The translations under genes and the position numbers were made by a program. A stretch of DNA of 63,470 bases, the filler included, from Reticulomyxa filosa (taxonomy: Eukaryota > Protista > Foraminifera), in NCBI GenBank assembly GCA_000512085.1. It is 16 parts of 16 records of this genome, joined end to end, with 100 filler letters (N's around TTAATTAATTAA, not from the genome) between each part and the next. Parts side by side here need not be neighbours in the genome. Positions count along the whole stretch, not along the records: positions 13,149 to 18,686 come from ASPP01042928.1; positions 18,787 to 20,397 come from ASPP01004592.1; positions 20,498 to 22,939 come from ASPP01003587.1; positions 23,040 to 24,908 come from ASPP01024702.1; positions 25,009 to 30,769 come from ASPP01006283.1; 11 more parts are not named here. One strand, given 5' to 3'. Below are positions 14,650 through 26,451 of the stretch, piece by piece. Within the stretch, counting starts at the first letter, position 1; each line of letters opens with the position of its first letter. The notes under the pieces are model-generated. The model did not search any database, was not told the DNA's origin, and saw only the letters and a list, made by a program, of their open reading frames with translations.

Positions 14650-16200
14650 GAAATTGTCGATATATTTAGTTTCACGCTAGGCACTTTTCCTGCTAAAACA
14701 TCAAAAAATATTAACGACCAAGTAAACCTCTTTCTTCAACAGGAATAGTACTTGTGTCAAGTGGTGCACGAGGACTCAACCAATTTTCTACAACAATCCT
14801 ATTTTCATTAAGAAATCCTGTTTTGAAAATCGACTTTTTTTCTTCTTAGTGTCACATAATATATTTTTTATTGTTTGCGAGACACTTGAGATCAGAATCA
14901 ACAACTAGTTCTGATTCAATTTTTTCTTCATCTTTGCTGATGGCAGTAAACTGACAATTAAATTCAAACTCGTCTTGCGCATTTTTGTTTTCGATAATCA
15001 CCACGCTCGATCTATCCGTCAACTGATAATTTGAAGAAGGTTCCATTTCCAGATCTTCAGGGGTTGTTTCTCCATCAGCACTTCTGCACGCGTTTTCACT
15101 ATTGAGTCCACGTCGCCGACGTATGCAAAGTAGCCGCATCCCGGTTTGCATGTAAAGTATCTTTTTTCATTCAATCGTCAAATAAGAATGCCTTATCAAT
15201 ACATCCATTAACATTTCTTCTCTTTTTTTTCAAAACAAAAATTTTTCAGTGTTTGCCCTTTACCCTGAAATCTTCCATCCATCTGCAATAGAATCAAGTG
15301 GCTCCAATCCTGCAATTAGCAAATCTAACATGTCGGTTTGTCCAATATGGATATGTACACATATTTTTTAATACACCCAAATTTGGAACGCTTAAAACTG
15401 AGAAAATGCTAAGAAAAAAAAAGCTGAAACTGACTCGTAGTGTTGTCTTTAAGCAAGACACAGTAAGTTCTTGTACGATCTTGCACTTGCCAGATCATCG
15501 GCTGCTGGTTCACATCATTGTTGTCTATAGGTATGCCGTCATCAAAGTTGGCGAGTCAATGATTGTGAGTAGTGGGATAGCCTTTTGCGATTTGATTCAA
15601 TGTGACTTTGTTTACAAATTTGTTTGAAAAGATAGAAGGGGCCGGTTTGTAGTGTCTCTTTACTACAATGTGACTATTATAAACCATCAATTTCGGTCGA
15701 TGAAGAAATGGTAGTATTATAAAATTTATTTTTGACTTTGAAAAGGGTATACGATCGAATATCTGATCTTTTATTTATTTATTAACAATTTCATGTATTA
15801 TACACTTTCGGAACAAACAACAAAAAAATTGGTATCCTCTCTTCACGTGAAGATATACAACGTCAACCTGGATGTTGCCAATATCAGGAGAGATCACAAT
15901 AAACAAAAGTATTTTTTGGGCCGTGATGACAGCACCTTTTTTTTGAATGGTGTTATTATTTTGGGTGTCTTGGGTTTCATTGACTCTATTCTTTCTTTTT
16001 TGGTAACTGTTGCAGTTTTGCAGAGGAGTGTATTGGAGAAGGAATCCTTGAGAAGCGAGCTCCATGCTGTATACTTTTGCTTGTTAGATTGTTTGAAGAG
16101 AGAAGAGTCAAACCACATTCATAATGTTCAAGAACTTTTTTCTAAAAAGGGAAATTTTCTTTTCCAGAGAAGGTCGTTACTCAAGAAAGTAAGATTCATT
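14650..16200 (-). pseudogene. Decayed multi-exon gene of unknown family
   Basis: Coding-like blocks (MNLTFLSND..SS*TL*MWFDSSLFKQ; ANFDDGIPIDNNDVNQQPMIWQVQDRTR; ORF 14852-15151) are interrupted by stops. Confidence 0.3.
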
Positions 16201-16989
16201 TTTTAAAAAAATTTAATTTGAATTATCTGTAGTTAACCTGTTTTTGAAATCACAAATAAAAAATGAAATAAAATACAAAATTTGAACAATTATTTTGTTC
16301 AAGTTTTTTTTGTCAAAAATGTGAAAACATTCAAAAAATTGCAAATTTGCTTCTTTTTTATAAATATTTATGAGTTTTGCATTTATGTCTTAGTTAAGAA
16401 AAAAAGGTTTTTTTTTTTTTTTTGGTTGTCTATTCTCTCCAGTACCAATCAGTAATTAGGGTGTTAATCGCTCTCTTAACAACATACTCGTATGTCTTTT
16501 TTCTTTTTTAAATTCTTTTTCAACTTAAAAAAGTTATTTTGTTTTGTTTTTTTGAACAGACAACAAACTCTGAAAAAAAAAGATGTCTTTTTGTTTGATG
16601 CTGTTCATCCTTCATCGAGAAAAAAAAAAAATGAATATGGGGTAAGGCCCCCCGTCTCCGCAAGGAGTACAAATGGTTTAGTGTATATTTATACGTTTTT
16701 TTTTTTTTTTTGACATAGTTGATGTTGTTTGTTTTTTCATTAACAGCCGCAACCCGTCTGTTCAAAAAAACTTTATACGTCACGCTCCCAACTACAAACA
16801 AAGAATAATTTTGGGGTTGACGCATTTTATATATTTTTTATTTCTGTTTGATAGTGAGCATTTGGAGGGAAAGAAAATAAATTGAAAAGGGTGGAGATAA
16901 GTGGGAAAAATGTGGAAAATAAATAGAAAAAAGGAGAAAACAAATGGGGAAAAAGGGGAACTTAAAGTGGGAAAATTAATTTTAAAAAA

Positions 16990-17200
16990 TTTTTATTTAA
17001 GAAAATGGAAGAAAATAAAAAAAAGGAAAAAAATGGAAAAAATAAAAAAAGTGTTCAAAAATTTAAAAGAAAAATAAAACAAAAAAAAGATGCCAATGAG
17101 GAAAAAAAGGATAGAAAAAAAAAAATAAAAAAGAGAAAAAAAATGATAGAAAAAAAAATAAAAAAGAGAAAAAAGAAAGAAAAAAGAAAAAAAAAACAAG
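16990..17200. repeat. A-rich low-complexity tract
   Basis: Long A runs with interspersed G; the Lys-rich and Phe-rich ORFs here are compositional. Confidence 0.8.
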
Positions 17201-17254
17201 TACGTATAGCGTTGGTTTTGTTTGAAAGAAAAAAAAATCAAGTAGGAATTTGGT

Positions 17255-18686
17255 GAAATGACCTTTATGTCAGGAAACACTCAAATTCGCTACTCGCAGG
17301 CGTGGACAAATTTCACATATTGCGCACCAATGGAAACTGCAAATGAGTTTGGCAATGTCTGGCAATTGCGACTCGAAACATTAGAATATTTACCATCAAC
17401 TTAGGTGAGAAAAAGTCACAGATAACTCATGGCTTGTCAAGATGGCGTCGAAATGCGATCTAAGTCTACTAGTAAAATGGAATATGGAAATTGTACAGTC
17501 CCTCATTGCAAGCGCTAATGCCAATTTGATCAGGCAAAAGTATGTTTTTCATCACAACGGCGACAATAAAAGATGAGCTTGTAGTTGGAAAACAGCGCGA
17601 TATGTAGTTGGAACAGTTGGCAAGATTCTCTCTCATCAATTGCAGACAATATCTAGACCTTGGTGCCGCCAAATATGAAAGCAATCTCGCCAAGAAGAAA
17701 AAGAGAGAATGTAATATCGTGCAAATTAAAAAGCAATTTGGATATTATGGTATAAGATTGGTTCAATTTAGCTCGAAACTCACAGGATACCGGCAAGCAA
17801 GAAAGAGAAAGAGGATGAGGATAGTGACGACGATTTGTTTAAAAGTGGAAAAAAAAGAACTAGTCAGCAAGCTTTATTGACTTTGGTTATGGAATCGCTT
17901 TTTGCGTATGGAAACACGCAAAGTCGCCACTCGCTGACGTATACTAACTTCACATAGTGCGTTCCAATGGAAAATGTTGAACAAAATATCTCAATGTATC
18001 GCAGCGATAATTTGAAATATTGCAAAGAACTTGTTTGTGTCATAAACGTAGGTGGGACACAAGTTTCTGGTGCTTTACCATGCCAACAATTGTCTGCAAA
18101 GATTATATCGAACTGCAATATACAGGCTCCAATGAGCAAGGGAAACTCAACCGGTATGGAAATGGTGCTAATTTTATAAACGGAGCACAATAATCAAAAC
18201 GCGGATATTGGACAATCGTATCAAAACTGGTCGTGTGCGTGCGCATATGCACAAATTTGGATCTTGGATCATGCTCGTGCTGATGGGAGGAATCGTAAGC
18301 TCGCAGGCAACATTGAACATTGATAATTTGTAAATAGAGATATATTATTGCATTTTCTGGCTCCATCAATGCAAGGGTTGTGTGCTTTGCGTTTGTTAAA
18401 AGAGTACCTATAATCGTTGCTGAACTGTCTCCGGGAACATGTTGAACGGCACTCAAGAAAGCAAGCAAGAAGACTTCACTCATCGGATTGTTAATCCAAA
18501 AATTGTTGAATGAAGACATTGGTAATGGATGCAAGAGTTTCCAACAATGACAATCATCCAAGGTCAAATTGTATATCTCATTACAATTTTGACGATAGTG
18601 AATGAATTTGGTATTTAGAAAATATTCATTGTGTATGACTGCATTGAAACAATCGAAGAGTGATAGGAAAATATGAAAAAAGCTTG
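17255..18686 (+). pseudogene. Frameshifted remnant of a giant-protein gene, possibly RNF213-like C-terminal region, with an internal diverged duplication
   Basis: GNTQIRYSQAWTNFTYCAPME (~17273) recurs as GNTQSRHSLTYTNFT*CVPME (~17910). DILLHFLAPSMQGLCALRLLKEYL resembles the RNF213 LLP..G.GLC..AL..YL segment. Many stops. Confidence 0.35.
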
Positions 18687-18786
18687 NNNNNNNNNNNNNN
18701 NNNNNNNNNNNNNNNNNNNNNNNNNNNNNNTTAATTAATTAANNNNNNNNNNNNNNNNNNNNNNNNNNNNNNNNNNNNNNNNNNNN

Positions 18787-18872
18787 CCAATGCTAATACC
18801 AATGCTAATACCAATGCTAATACCAATGCTAATACCAATGCCAATATCAATAACGCCAATGCTAATACCAAT
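18787..18872 (+). repeat. 12-bp tandem repeat (CCAATGCTAATA)n encoding Asn-Ala-Asn-Thr
   Basis: Directly visible; the contig breaks inside it. Confidence 0.9.
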
Positions 18873-19327
18873 GTCACTATCAATGCCAATAATTCCATTG
18901 GTACAGTGCTGCTGCATGACAAAAAACATGATGATATCCAGTGTGTTGAAGACTTAAAAAAAACTGAAAAAGAGACGTTGGAAGAGGGCGAAATTAGCGA
19001 CGAGGATAAAAAATTAAAGTTGCGTTTTTTCATTCACTTCAAATTACATTCAATAAAAAACTTTTTTTCTTCTCTCTGATCATATAGAAGCAAACGGGAA
19101 AAAAGGAGAGACATGGTTCCTATTTGTCGAGATTGGAATACGTTTCGTTTTTTTCTAAACAATGTGGCTTTTATCCATTATATGCAAAAATTAAAATACA
19201 CTTTTTCAAATCACAACCAAACAGGGATGACGGGTGCAAATGGAGAAAGTGCAAAGAAAAACATGAATGTATCCTATGTGGATCGGACTTGCACATTGGC
19301 TTCGATTGTCCGAACAATGTGTTGTGA
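18787..19327 (+). CDS. C-terminal part of a CCCH+CCHC zinc-finger protein with NANT repeats and an EEGEI motif; join(<18787..19018,19088..19141,19225..19327)
   Basis: Spliced: ...TLEEGEISDEDKKLK-SKREKRRDMVPICRDWNT-DDGCKWRKCKEKHECILCGSDLHIGFDCPNNVL*. Both introns are GT-AG and preserve the frame. Confidence 0.75.
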
Positions 19328-19849
19328 ATTGAAGCCTTGGCTTGTCTCTATTGTGAGTACATATCACAGCAGGAGACAAGCTTTAAGTTAGGCATTGGGA
19401 AAGTAAAATGTACAACTTTGGTGGAAAGAGGGAGGGGACAGAATTACTTTTGTGTGAGTTTCTCAATGCCATCATTTAATATGAAATTGACATTTTCAAT
19501 AGCACACGAGGTCACATTTCAACACTCTTTAATTATCATTCAAATACTTTTTTTTTCAAACTTTTATTTGAAACAGTTGGATGCATGTGACCCCATTATC
19601 GTTTTATTGTTCTATCTTCTTTGGTTTGCAGATAATCTCAAATGTTTGATGCATTTTTTATTCTCACAAAAATATCAGCAAAATTAACTTTCAAAGATAT
19701 GATTAACAGAACTGGTGTAAATATCTTTCGTTAAAAAAAAGATTTGTTGTAATTTTTCCATATCACAACAAAAGAATGAAAACAAAAAGGGGTTTTGTGC
19801 CAAATTTGTAAAAAGTTCACATGAAGAGACCCCACTGATTTTTTCGACA

Positions 19850-20271
19850 GTCGTAAGAAAATACATGCTTAATTTTACAAAATTGTGGATGGATCAACGA
19901 TTTTGAGAAAATTGTTGCACATTATGTTGAAGTAATACTTGTTTTGTGTTGGCGCTTATTCTGTTGGAGTTGGCAATGCTTTAATGATACAAAAGAAATA
20001 TGCGAATACTAAAAAATTAAAGATTAAATACTTTGCCTTACTAAGACTGTTTAGAGGTCATTCAGCTGGCGTAACTAATGTAAAATTTTCTACTGACGGA
20101 ACTAAAATTTTTCATCATCTAGTGATCGAAAAGTTAATTTGGGATGTAGCGCCAGCCAGGGTACAAGCATTAGAAGGACATTTAGGTTGGGTTAACAATG
20201 CATATTTTTCTCCCGATGGTGATATTGTTGTGTCGTGTTCATCAGATTGCACAATCAGATTATGTAATTAA
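19850..20271 (+). pseudogene. WD40-family pseudogene
   Basis: Remnant GWINDFEKIVAHY motif, then RLFRGHSAGVTNVKFSTDG and LEGHLGWVNNAYFSPDGDIVVSCSSDCTIRLCN*, with indels and a premature stop. Confidence 0.8.
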
Positions 20272-20497
20272 AATTTGTAAAAGAAATAGAAAAAACCAAA
20301 AAACAACAAAGATAATTTTTTTGCACAGGGTCTTCGCATGTACAAATTGGATTCATTTTCGCACAAAGATCTATTTCAATCAACCAAATTACTTTAANNN
20401 NNNNNNNNNNNNNNNNNNNNNNNNNNNNNNNNNNNNNNNNNTTAATTAATTAANNNNNNNNNNNNNNNNNNNNNNNNNNNNNNNNNNNNNNNNNNNN

Positions 20498-20539
<42 letters not shown>

Positions 20540-20590
20540 GACTGCAAAAAGTTAGTTGGAATGACATAAATTGGATTACACAAAAATTAG

Positions 20591-22318
20591 TCGTGGATAA
20601 TGCAGTTTTATTGCGCGTTGAGTGCGCTCGATGAAGGCGTGAAAGTCTCCGACTTCGAGACGAAGCTGCCACAACTCTATCCTCAAAAAGACTCGAAACA
20701 CGAAAAAGCGCTGCTGGACCAACTGACCCGACATTGCAATCTGTTTCTAATTCTGGGCACCTTGAACAATCACGATTGCCAAAGCTGGGAGCTGCGACAT
20801 TACCCGACGTATCCTTATCACGAAGTTGAATTTATGTACTCACGAATGCAACGGGGTAATGGCGATACTACCACTTCTTCTTCTTCTTCTTCTTCTTCTT
20901 CTCATCTTCTTCTTTCGCACAGACAACACAATGCCATCCAACCTCTCTTTGATCGCTTTCACACACTCTTGCAGCTGCATCAACATGCCTTAGACCCCCA
21001 AAGGGGCACTGCGCTCCCAAACTTGGCCAATTGGCACGAACAATACTTTGGCATCTTGCCCATCAACAATTTGCTCAGGACATTGCATTTGCTACAAATG
21101 GGGTCGCAAATGCGTTCCAATGGAATGGCGATTGCTATCAATGCACAGACAACTGACAATGACAATAACAATATCAATGGCGATGATGAAGAAAAAATAT
21201 CCACGCAAATCAATTTAACCAAATTTGTCGATGGCTTGCATCGATATGAACACGAGCTGGCGTATGCCATTGTGGAACAATACAACACGCAAAACAAAAA
21301 AGTCACAACCATATTCGAAGTGTTGTCACAAATCGATAACGACTTGCACGACGACACGTTGGCTTTCGCTGCTCAATTCCCAGATGTCATTGCAAATGCA
21401 CTCTATTTTCATTGCTACCATTTTTGTAAATTACGAGTCAATGACGACTTTTTTCCAAACCCATCTGTTGTCCACTTATGCTTGTACGATGCTCTTCTTC
21501 CTCCCTCGCTTCGCTCTTTATCGTCACCACCATCTTCTTCTTCTTCCAAAACTTTGGAGAGTGATGGTAGTCTCACCTTCAAACCTGGCGTGCACAGAAT
21601 GTCCTCAGATAAATTTGTACAAGATCAATCCATTCAGAAAGTCATTGCAAGCATTTGGGACAAACATCCACAGGGGTTGGAATTTCATGACTTTTGGGAA
21701 TTATTACAATCGATGTATGGACAAAAAGTGTTTATTGACACTGCTCCATCTACTGGCTCTTCTTCTTCGTCGTTGCATCCTCTATCTTCTTTCAGCACTT
21801 TTCTACAATTTCAGTCGTCATTCCAAAGCCATGAACATTTCTTATTTCGACTCACTCAATTGTGGAATACTCAGACCTATCAATACTCCACTTTTGGTCC
21901 TGAAACCATTCAAAAGAGTCTTCTTCACGTCGCTTTGCTACCACCTGTTAAACAAAACATTTGTTACTATTTTTGGTGATACATTGAAAAATAATTTTTG
22001 CTGTTTTTTTCTATTTGGTCTGTTTACTTATTTTTGAACGAATCCGATGTGGAAAAAAAAAAACAGCTCCCAGACAAACACCAACTTTCATTATTGAGAG
22101 AAGCGAATCCTAAAGGCATCCAATCTCAGACCTTTGACCGACGCTTCCAACAGTTATTTCAACACAATTACGAATATATGACATACCAACCCAAACAACT
22201 ACTCTTGCACTTGCAAAACATTCTGGTTGCTGATGTCTCCACTTCGGCCCCTCCCATGGGAAAGATAATTGTCACAAATCCGAAAAATTGTGAATTTTTT
22301 ATTCAATGGAGCGATTAA
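20591..22318 (+). CDS. Hypothetical protein, 3' part (long exon ~20591-21950 plus a terminal exon ending at 22318)
   Basis: 459-aa ORF with coding-like composition and Ser-rich linkers; no family recognised. Confidence 0.6.
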
Positions 22319-22569
22319 CAAATCTTTATAAAGTTTTTTCATACTAAAACATCACATGCTAATTGTTTCTTATAAAGATATTTATCAACCTTATGTAGTG
22401 CGTGTCTGGTTTGTATCGTTTTAAAAATTTGGTTTTTTTAATTTGAAAAGATTTTTTTTTTTGAATTATATAAGCTCTTTCACAAAATAAGTTTTTCAAT
22501 AAATATTCCTCAATAAATCAGTAATTCATTCCGCAAATATAATTATTTTTTGTTTAAAAAAAAATGTAG

Positions 22570-22777
22570 TGTTGCCACCGGGATTCGAACCCGGACAATA
22601 TCCCTTTCCTGACTTTGACCGGTCAGCCGTTATCCTTAACACTTCACCGTATGTTCATCTAACTCGCAGTCCAGTCCAGTAAAGGACCAGTTCTGACACT
22701 CTAGCATATTACACACATGCGTCCTGTTAAGTGAGAACCACAACGCGGATATTCAACCTGAAATTTGTTTTAGCAAC
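22570..22777 (-). ncRNA. tRNA-like structured RNA (208 nt): acceptor stem, T-arm, weak D-arm, and a 143-nt insert replacing the anticodon loop
   Basis: Minus strand: 5' GTTGCTA pairs with TGGCAAC plus discriminator A. CCGGG-TTCGAAT-CCCGG is a perfect T-arm/B-box. AATATCC/GGATATT closes the insert, and a T-run follows 5 nt downstream. It is a GC-richer island in very AT-rich DNA. Confidence 0.7.
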
Positions 22778-23039
22778 TTTTTTTTGATAAATATATATAT
22801 TCAAACTTATATATATACTCAAAAATATTGTTCATATATTACACTTCTTATTATTTTTTATTATTTTTCATTCAAAATAAAAAATAACTTTCATTATATC
22901 AATCAATTATACTTCTACTTCTATTCAATGCAAAAAAAANNNNNNNNNNNNNNNNNNNNNNNNNNNNNNNNNNNNNNNNNNNNTTAATTAATTAANNNNN
23001 NNNNNNNNNNNNNNNNNNNNNNNNNNNNNNNNNNNNNNN

Positions 23040-23717
23040 TAGTAGTAGTAGTAGTAGTACCACTTTGATGATAATATGTGCCAGGGGTGTGAAGCACTTG
23101 ATCAAGTACTTGAATAATGACAACGTCGAAATTTCGATACGACACGTCCGTGACAAATGGGCTCTTTTGCAAGCTAAGCAAATACACTTGGTTGATTTTA
23201 TCATGCAATATGGACGGCAGTCCCGAACTCGTGTTCTGCAAGCGCTGGACACTGGGAGCACTCAGCTGCGGACCCAGGACGACTGTGAGGGTTTGGTACG
23301 AGTCGAAGGACGACGACGACGAGGTAGGGAAGCGCGACGGTGCGCGTGTCGGAGAAAACGACGGTGAAACGGTGGGAGGTTTGGAAGGGGCTGCCGAAGG
23401 TGTCAGCGTCGGAGATGTTGACGGCAACAATGTGGGATGCAAAGTAGTCGGAAATGCAGTGGGACGTGGAGCAGTCGGCAAACGAGTAGGTCGTCGAGTT
23501 GGATTCGACGTGGGACCACGAGGTCGAGATACAGAAGGTTGATGTGTCACAATAGCTTGTGAGCTGTTGCCAATGCAATCCCATTTGTCTGTGGTCGTAT
23601 TGTATTCCATTTGACAATGTCCTGTTTCTGCATTTTTACCATTGTGAAAAAATACATTTTGACAGATCAAATCATTATCATCTGGACATAGCAATGTTAA
23701 TGCTTTACTATTATTAC

Positions 23718-23754
<37 letters not shown>

Positions 23755-24687
23755 GTCTAAATTGCTGTAACTGTATACGTCAATAACTGGTGGCTTTTGA
23801 TTTCTACCCAATACGAGTTTTCGCAAGTCCACTTGACATGTCGTTGCCGACCCTTGACTATTGTAACCATCCCAAATGGGTGGACACTTCACCTTCATCG
23901 ATTCGCATACGTATTGGCTTCTACCATCGCCACATGTCACATTCAATGTGACATTTCCGACTGCGTCAATGTCCGCGTCCGCGTTTTCTGTCAATGCGTC
24001 CACTTCCATTTCGTAGCACGCGCCTGCATTTTGTCTGCACGAAAATGCAAAGGTCGACGTTTTGCGGTACGTTCCACTGGCTGCGTTCTCGCCAAGTGCC
24101 AGGAACACTCGATCTCGCAGACACGATGCAAATCCTTCGCAAGCGAATGTCAGCAATTGTCCATTCCCTCCGGGCACGTCGAAATAAAATGTACTATCCT
24201 GACACGAACTCGCCATTTCGCAAAGAATGGTATTTGTCTCATTCGCTGTCGATCTCACGATAGAGTACTGGAAGGAGTCACTGTTGAGATTGGAAGCGTC
24301 TTGTGGGACCAAGATGATTAGGTTTCGGCTGCTTTGCTTGTTGTCGTGATGGATGGTCATGTGTTGACACGACTTGTATCCACTACATTGCAAGTACACT
24401 GATGGCGATTCCTCCCCTTCGATCGTGGCTCCCAGACACGACTCTTGGCCGCTGCATACGAAACCACAGCGTTCGCTGTCTGTCTTGTCCGGACACACCA
24501 GCTTGGTGTACTGACACGACGACTCTCCCGAACATTCCACGAAACACGACCGCACATCCGTACCGTCTGCGTATAGGGTGCAGTTGACGGTGGTGGACTG
24601 GAATCTCGACGGCCAGTCCGGTGTGGCGCTCACGATCAACGTGTAGTTCGTTTGCATTTTGAAATTGTTGCAAAGACATTTTCTCAT
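23040..24687 (-). CDS. Cys-rich extracellular protein with a Pro/Thr (PTxxPT) mucin-like stalk, partial
   Basis: More than 540 open codons with repeated C.G..SC units followed by PTRRPTRLPTAPRPTAFPT...; it runs off the contig end. Confidence 0.8.
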
Positions 24688-25008
24688 AAACTTTTAGGAA
24701 AGTAAAGCATTTTAATACGACATTTTCTACCAACCCCTTTACGCGTGTCAATTAAACGACAGTAAAAAGAGTATTATCAACCACACCGGAAAAAAATGAT
24801 TCAGATGATTAAAATTTTTTTTTTAAGCGTTGGCAAGTTCAAATTTTTTGCTAAACTATTGTGATTGTTAACGCATTAGAGAATAGGATAATAACATTTC
24901 AAAACATTNNNNNNNNNNNNNNNNNNNNNNNNNNNNNNNNNNNNNNNNNNNNTTAATTAATTAANNNNNNNNNNNNNNNNNNNNNNNNNNNNNNNNNNNN
25001 NNNNNNNN

Positions 25009-26290
25009 AAAAAAAAAAAAAAAAAGTGGACCCTCATTGCAAAACTGGGTCTTTGCTGGCATGAGCTTGAAAACACATTTTCAATTGCATTAAAATGTTT
25101 GGCAAAATGTGCAAGGATTTCAATACCATTTGTTTCGTTTCCATTTGCATAAATGTCATCAACTTACACATTGCATCGTTAATTACATTCTGTCATCCAA
25201 TTCACACTTTTGATTTTTGTTTATGTATGTATGTATGTATATATTATATATATGTATATATATAAACAAAAATCAAACTTCTGATTGCAAACGAAATGTT
25301 GTTCACAAAACTGGGCTATTTCGAGGATTTAATCCAGTCAAAATATATTTCAATTCATCAATATTTGATCGCTGGTTTGTCAACTTCAAATCTAAGCACA
25401 GTATTGTTAAATGTATGCATTATCTTATATTAGCAGAAATGAAAATCTTTCCTTTTGTTTTTGCACACGATGTCACAGTCATTTTATTTTCATCTCAAAT
25501 ACACACTGTACAACAGTGGTTTAGAATTGTTCAAAGAACAAAAAAACACAAAAACACGTTATACTTCATTTTTTCTCTCCTCTCTCACTTCCAGACCTTC
25601 ATAATGCAGTGTGTCTTCAAGATAAAGCTCTTTCACAATTTCCAAGGGGTTTTTCAATTCATTGACTGGTCCGAACACTTGGGGAGAGACGTCCGACGAT
25701 GACCTAACAATATACGATGTTGTTTTTTAATACATAAGGAAACTAAACAGATAAAGGTTATAAGGTTTTAATGTTTAGCAACGTTGATTTTGCATCTATC
25801 GTTCCCGAATTGTTAGTATTTTTTTTCCGTAATCAAAAATACGGGACTTCAGGCGTCTTCCTTCTTTTAGTCCAGCCATGTGACCTAAAATATTTCAACA
25901 AGCCGGAAATTTGGATAGTTTTATACTCTTCTTTTCAATTTTTAAATTGTAATAAACTGATTTTATGTTGTGTTGAATGTTTTTTGATATTTGCTTATTC
26001 TGGAGCAAATATATCAATTCCAACATCTTTTATTCACAAACCATCTTAATTCACTCAATAAAATACAATAAAAATATAGGCGAGTGGACTAGAATCGTTG
26101 AATAAATCAGGAGTTGCAAAGTAAATAAACATCCAATCACAAAAATGGTGAATATTTTCGGAGAAGTGTAAACCTAAAAGGGAAATGCAAGTCAAAGAAT
26201 AAACTTTTTGATCAGAAGACGAGAGAAAAAGGTACAACGAAGAAAAAAAGGAGAAGCCAGAATCAATTTTTGAATTTTTGTTGTGCAAGT
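25009..26290 (-). pseudogene. Decayed membrane-protein gene, family unknown
   Basis: Hydrophobic ORF 26055-26288 continues through several in-frame stops into coding-like exons (SSSDVSPQVFGPVNELKNPLEIVKELYLEDTLHYEGLE). Confidence 0.3.
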
Positions 26291-26451
26291 GATTGATCTG
26301 AGAGGAACATAAATAAATTAATCAGAAGAGAGAAATATAGAAATTGGCCGTACGTATTTCATTCACTCCAAAATTTTCCGTCACAAGAAGCCACTTACAA
26401 TTAAAACTTTATTTGGATTATATCGTTTAATTTTTGTAATTTTGATTTGTG

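Noticed and set aside
16638-16667. Two small GC hairpins, one with a GCAA tetraloop
   Set aside because: Stems are only 4 bp and lie within what looks like a decayed exon; insufficient evidence for an ncRNA.
16993-17280. Lys-rich and Phe-rich ORFs
   Set aside because: Products of an A-rich low-complexity tract.
22570-22777. Ordinary intron-containing tRNA-Asn(GTT), true tmRNA, or group I intron
   Set aside because: It lacks U8, U33 and a canonical D-loop; it has no G3-U70 pair or tag ORF; the insert is short and has no recognisable P7 core. It is kept as an unclassified tRNA-like RNA.
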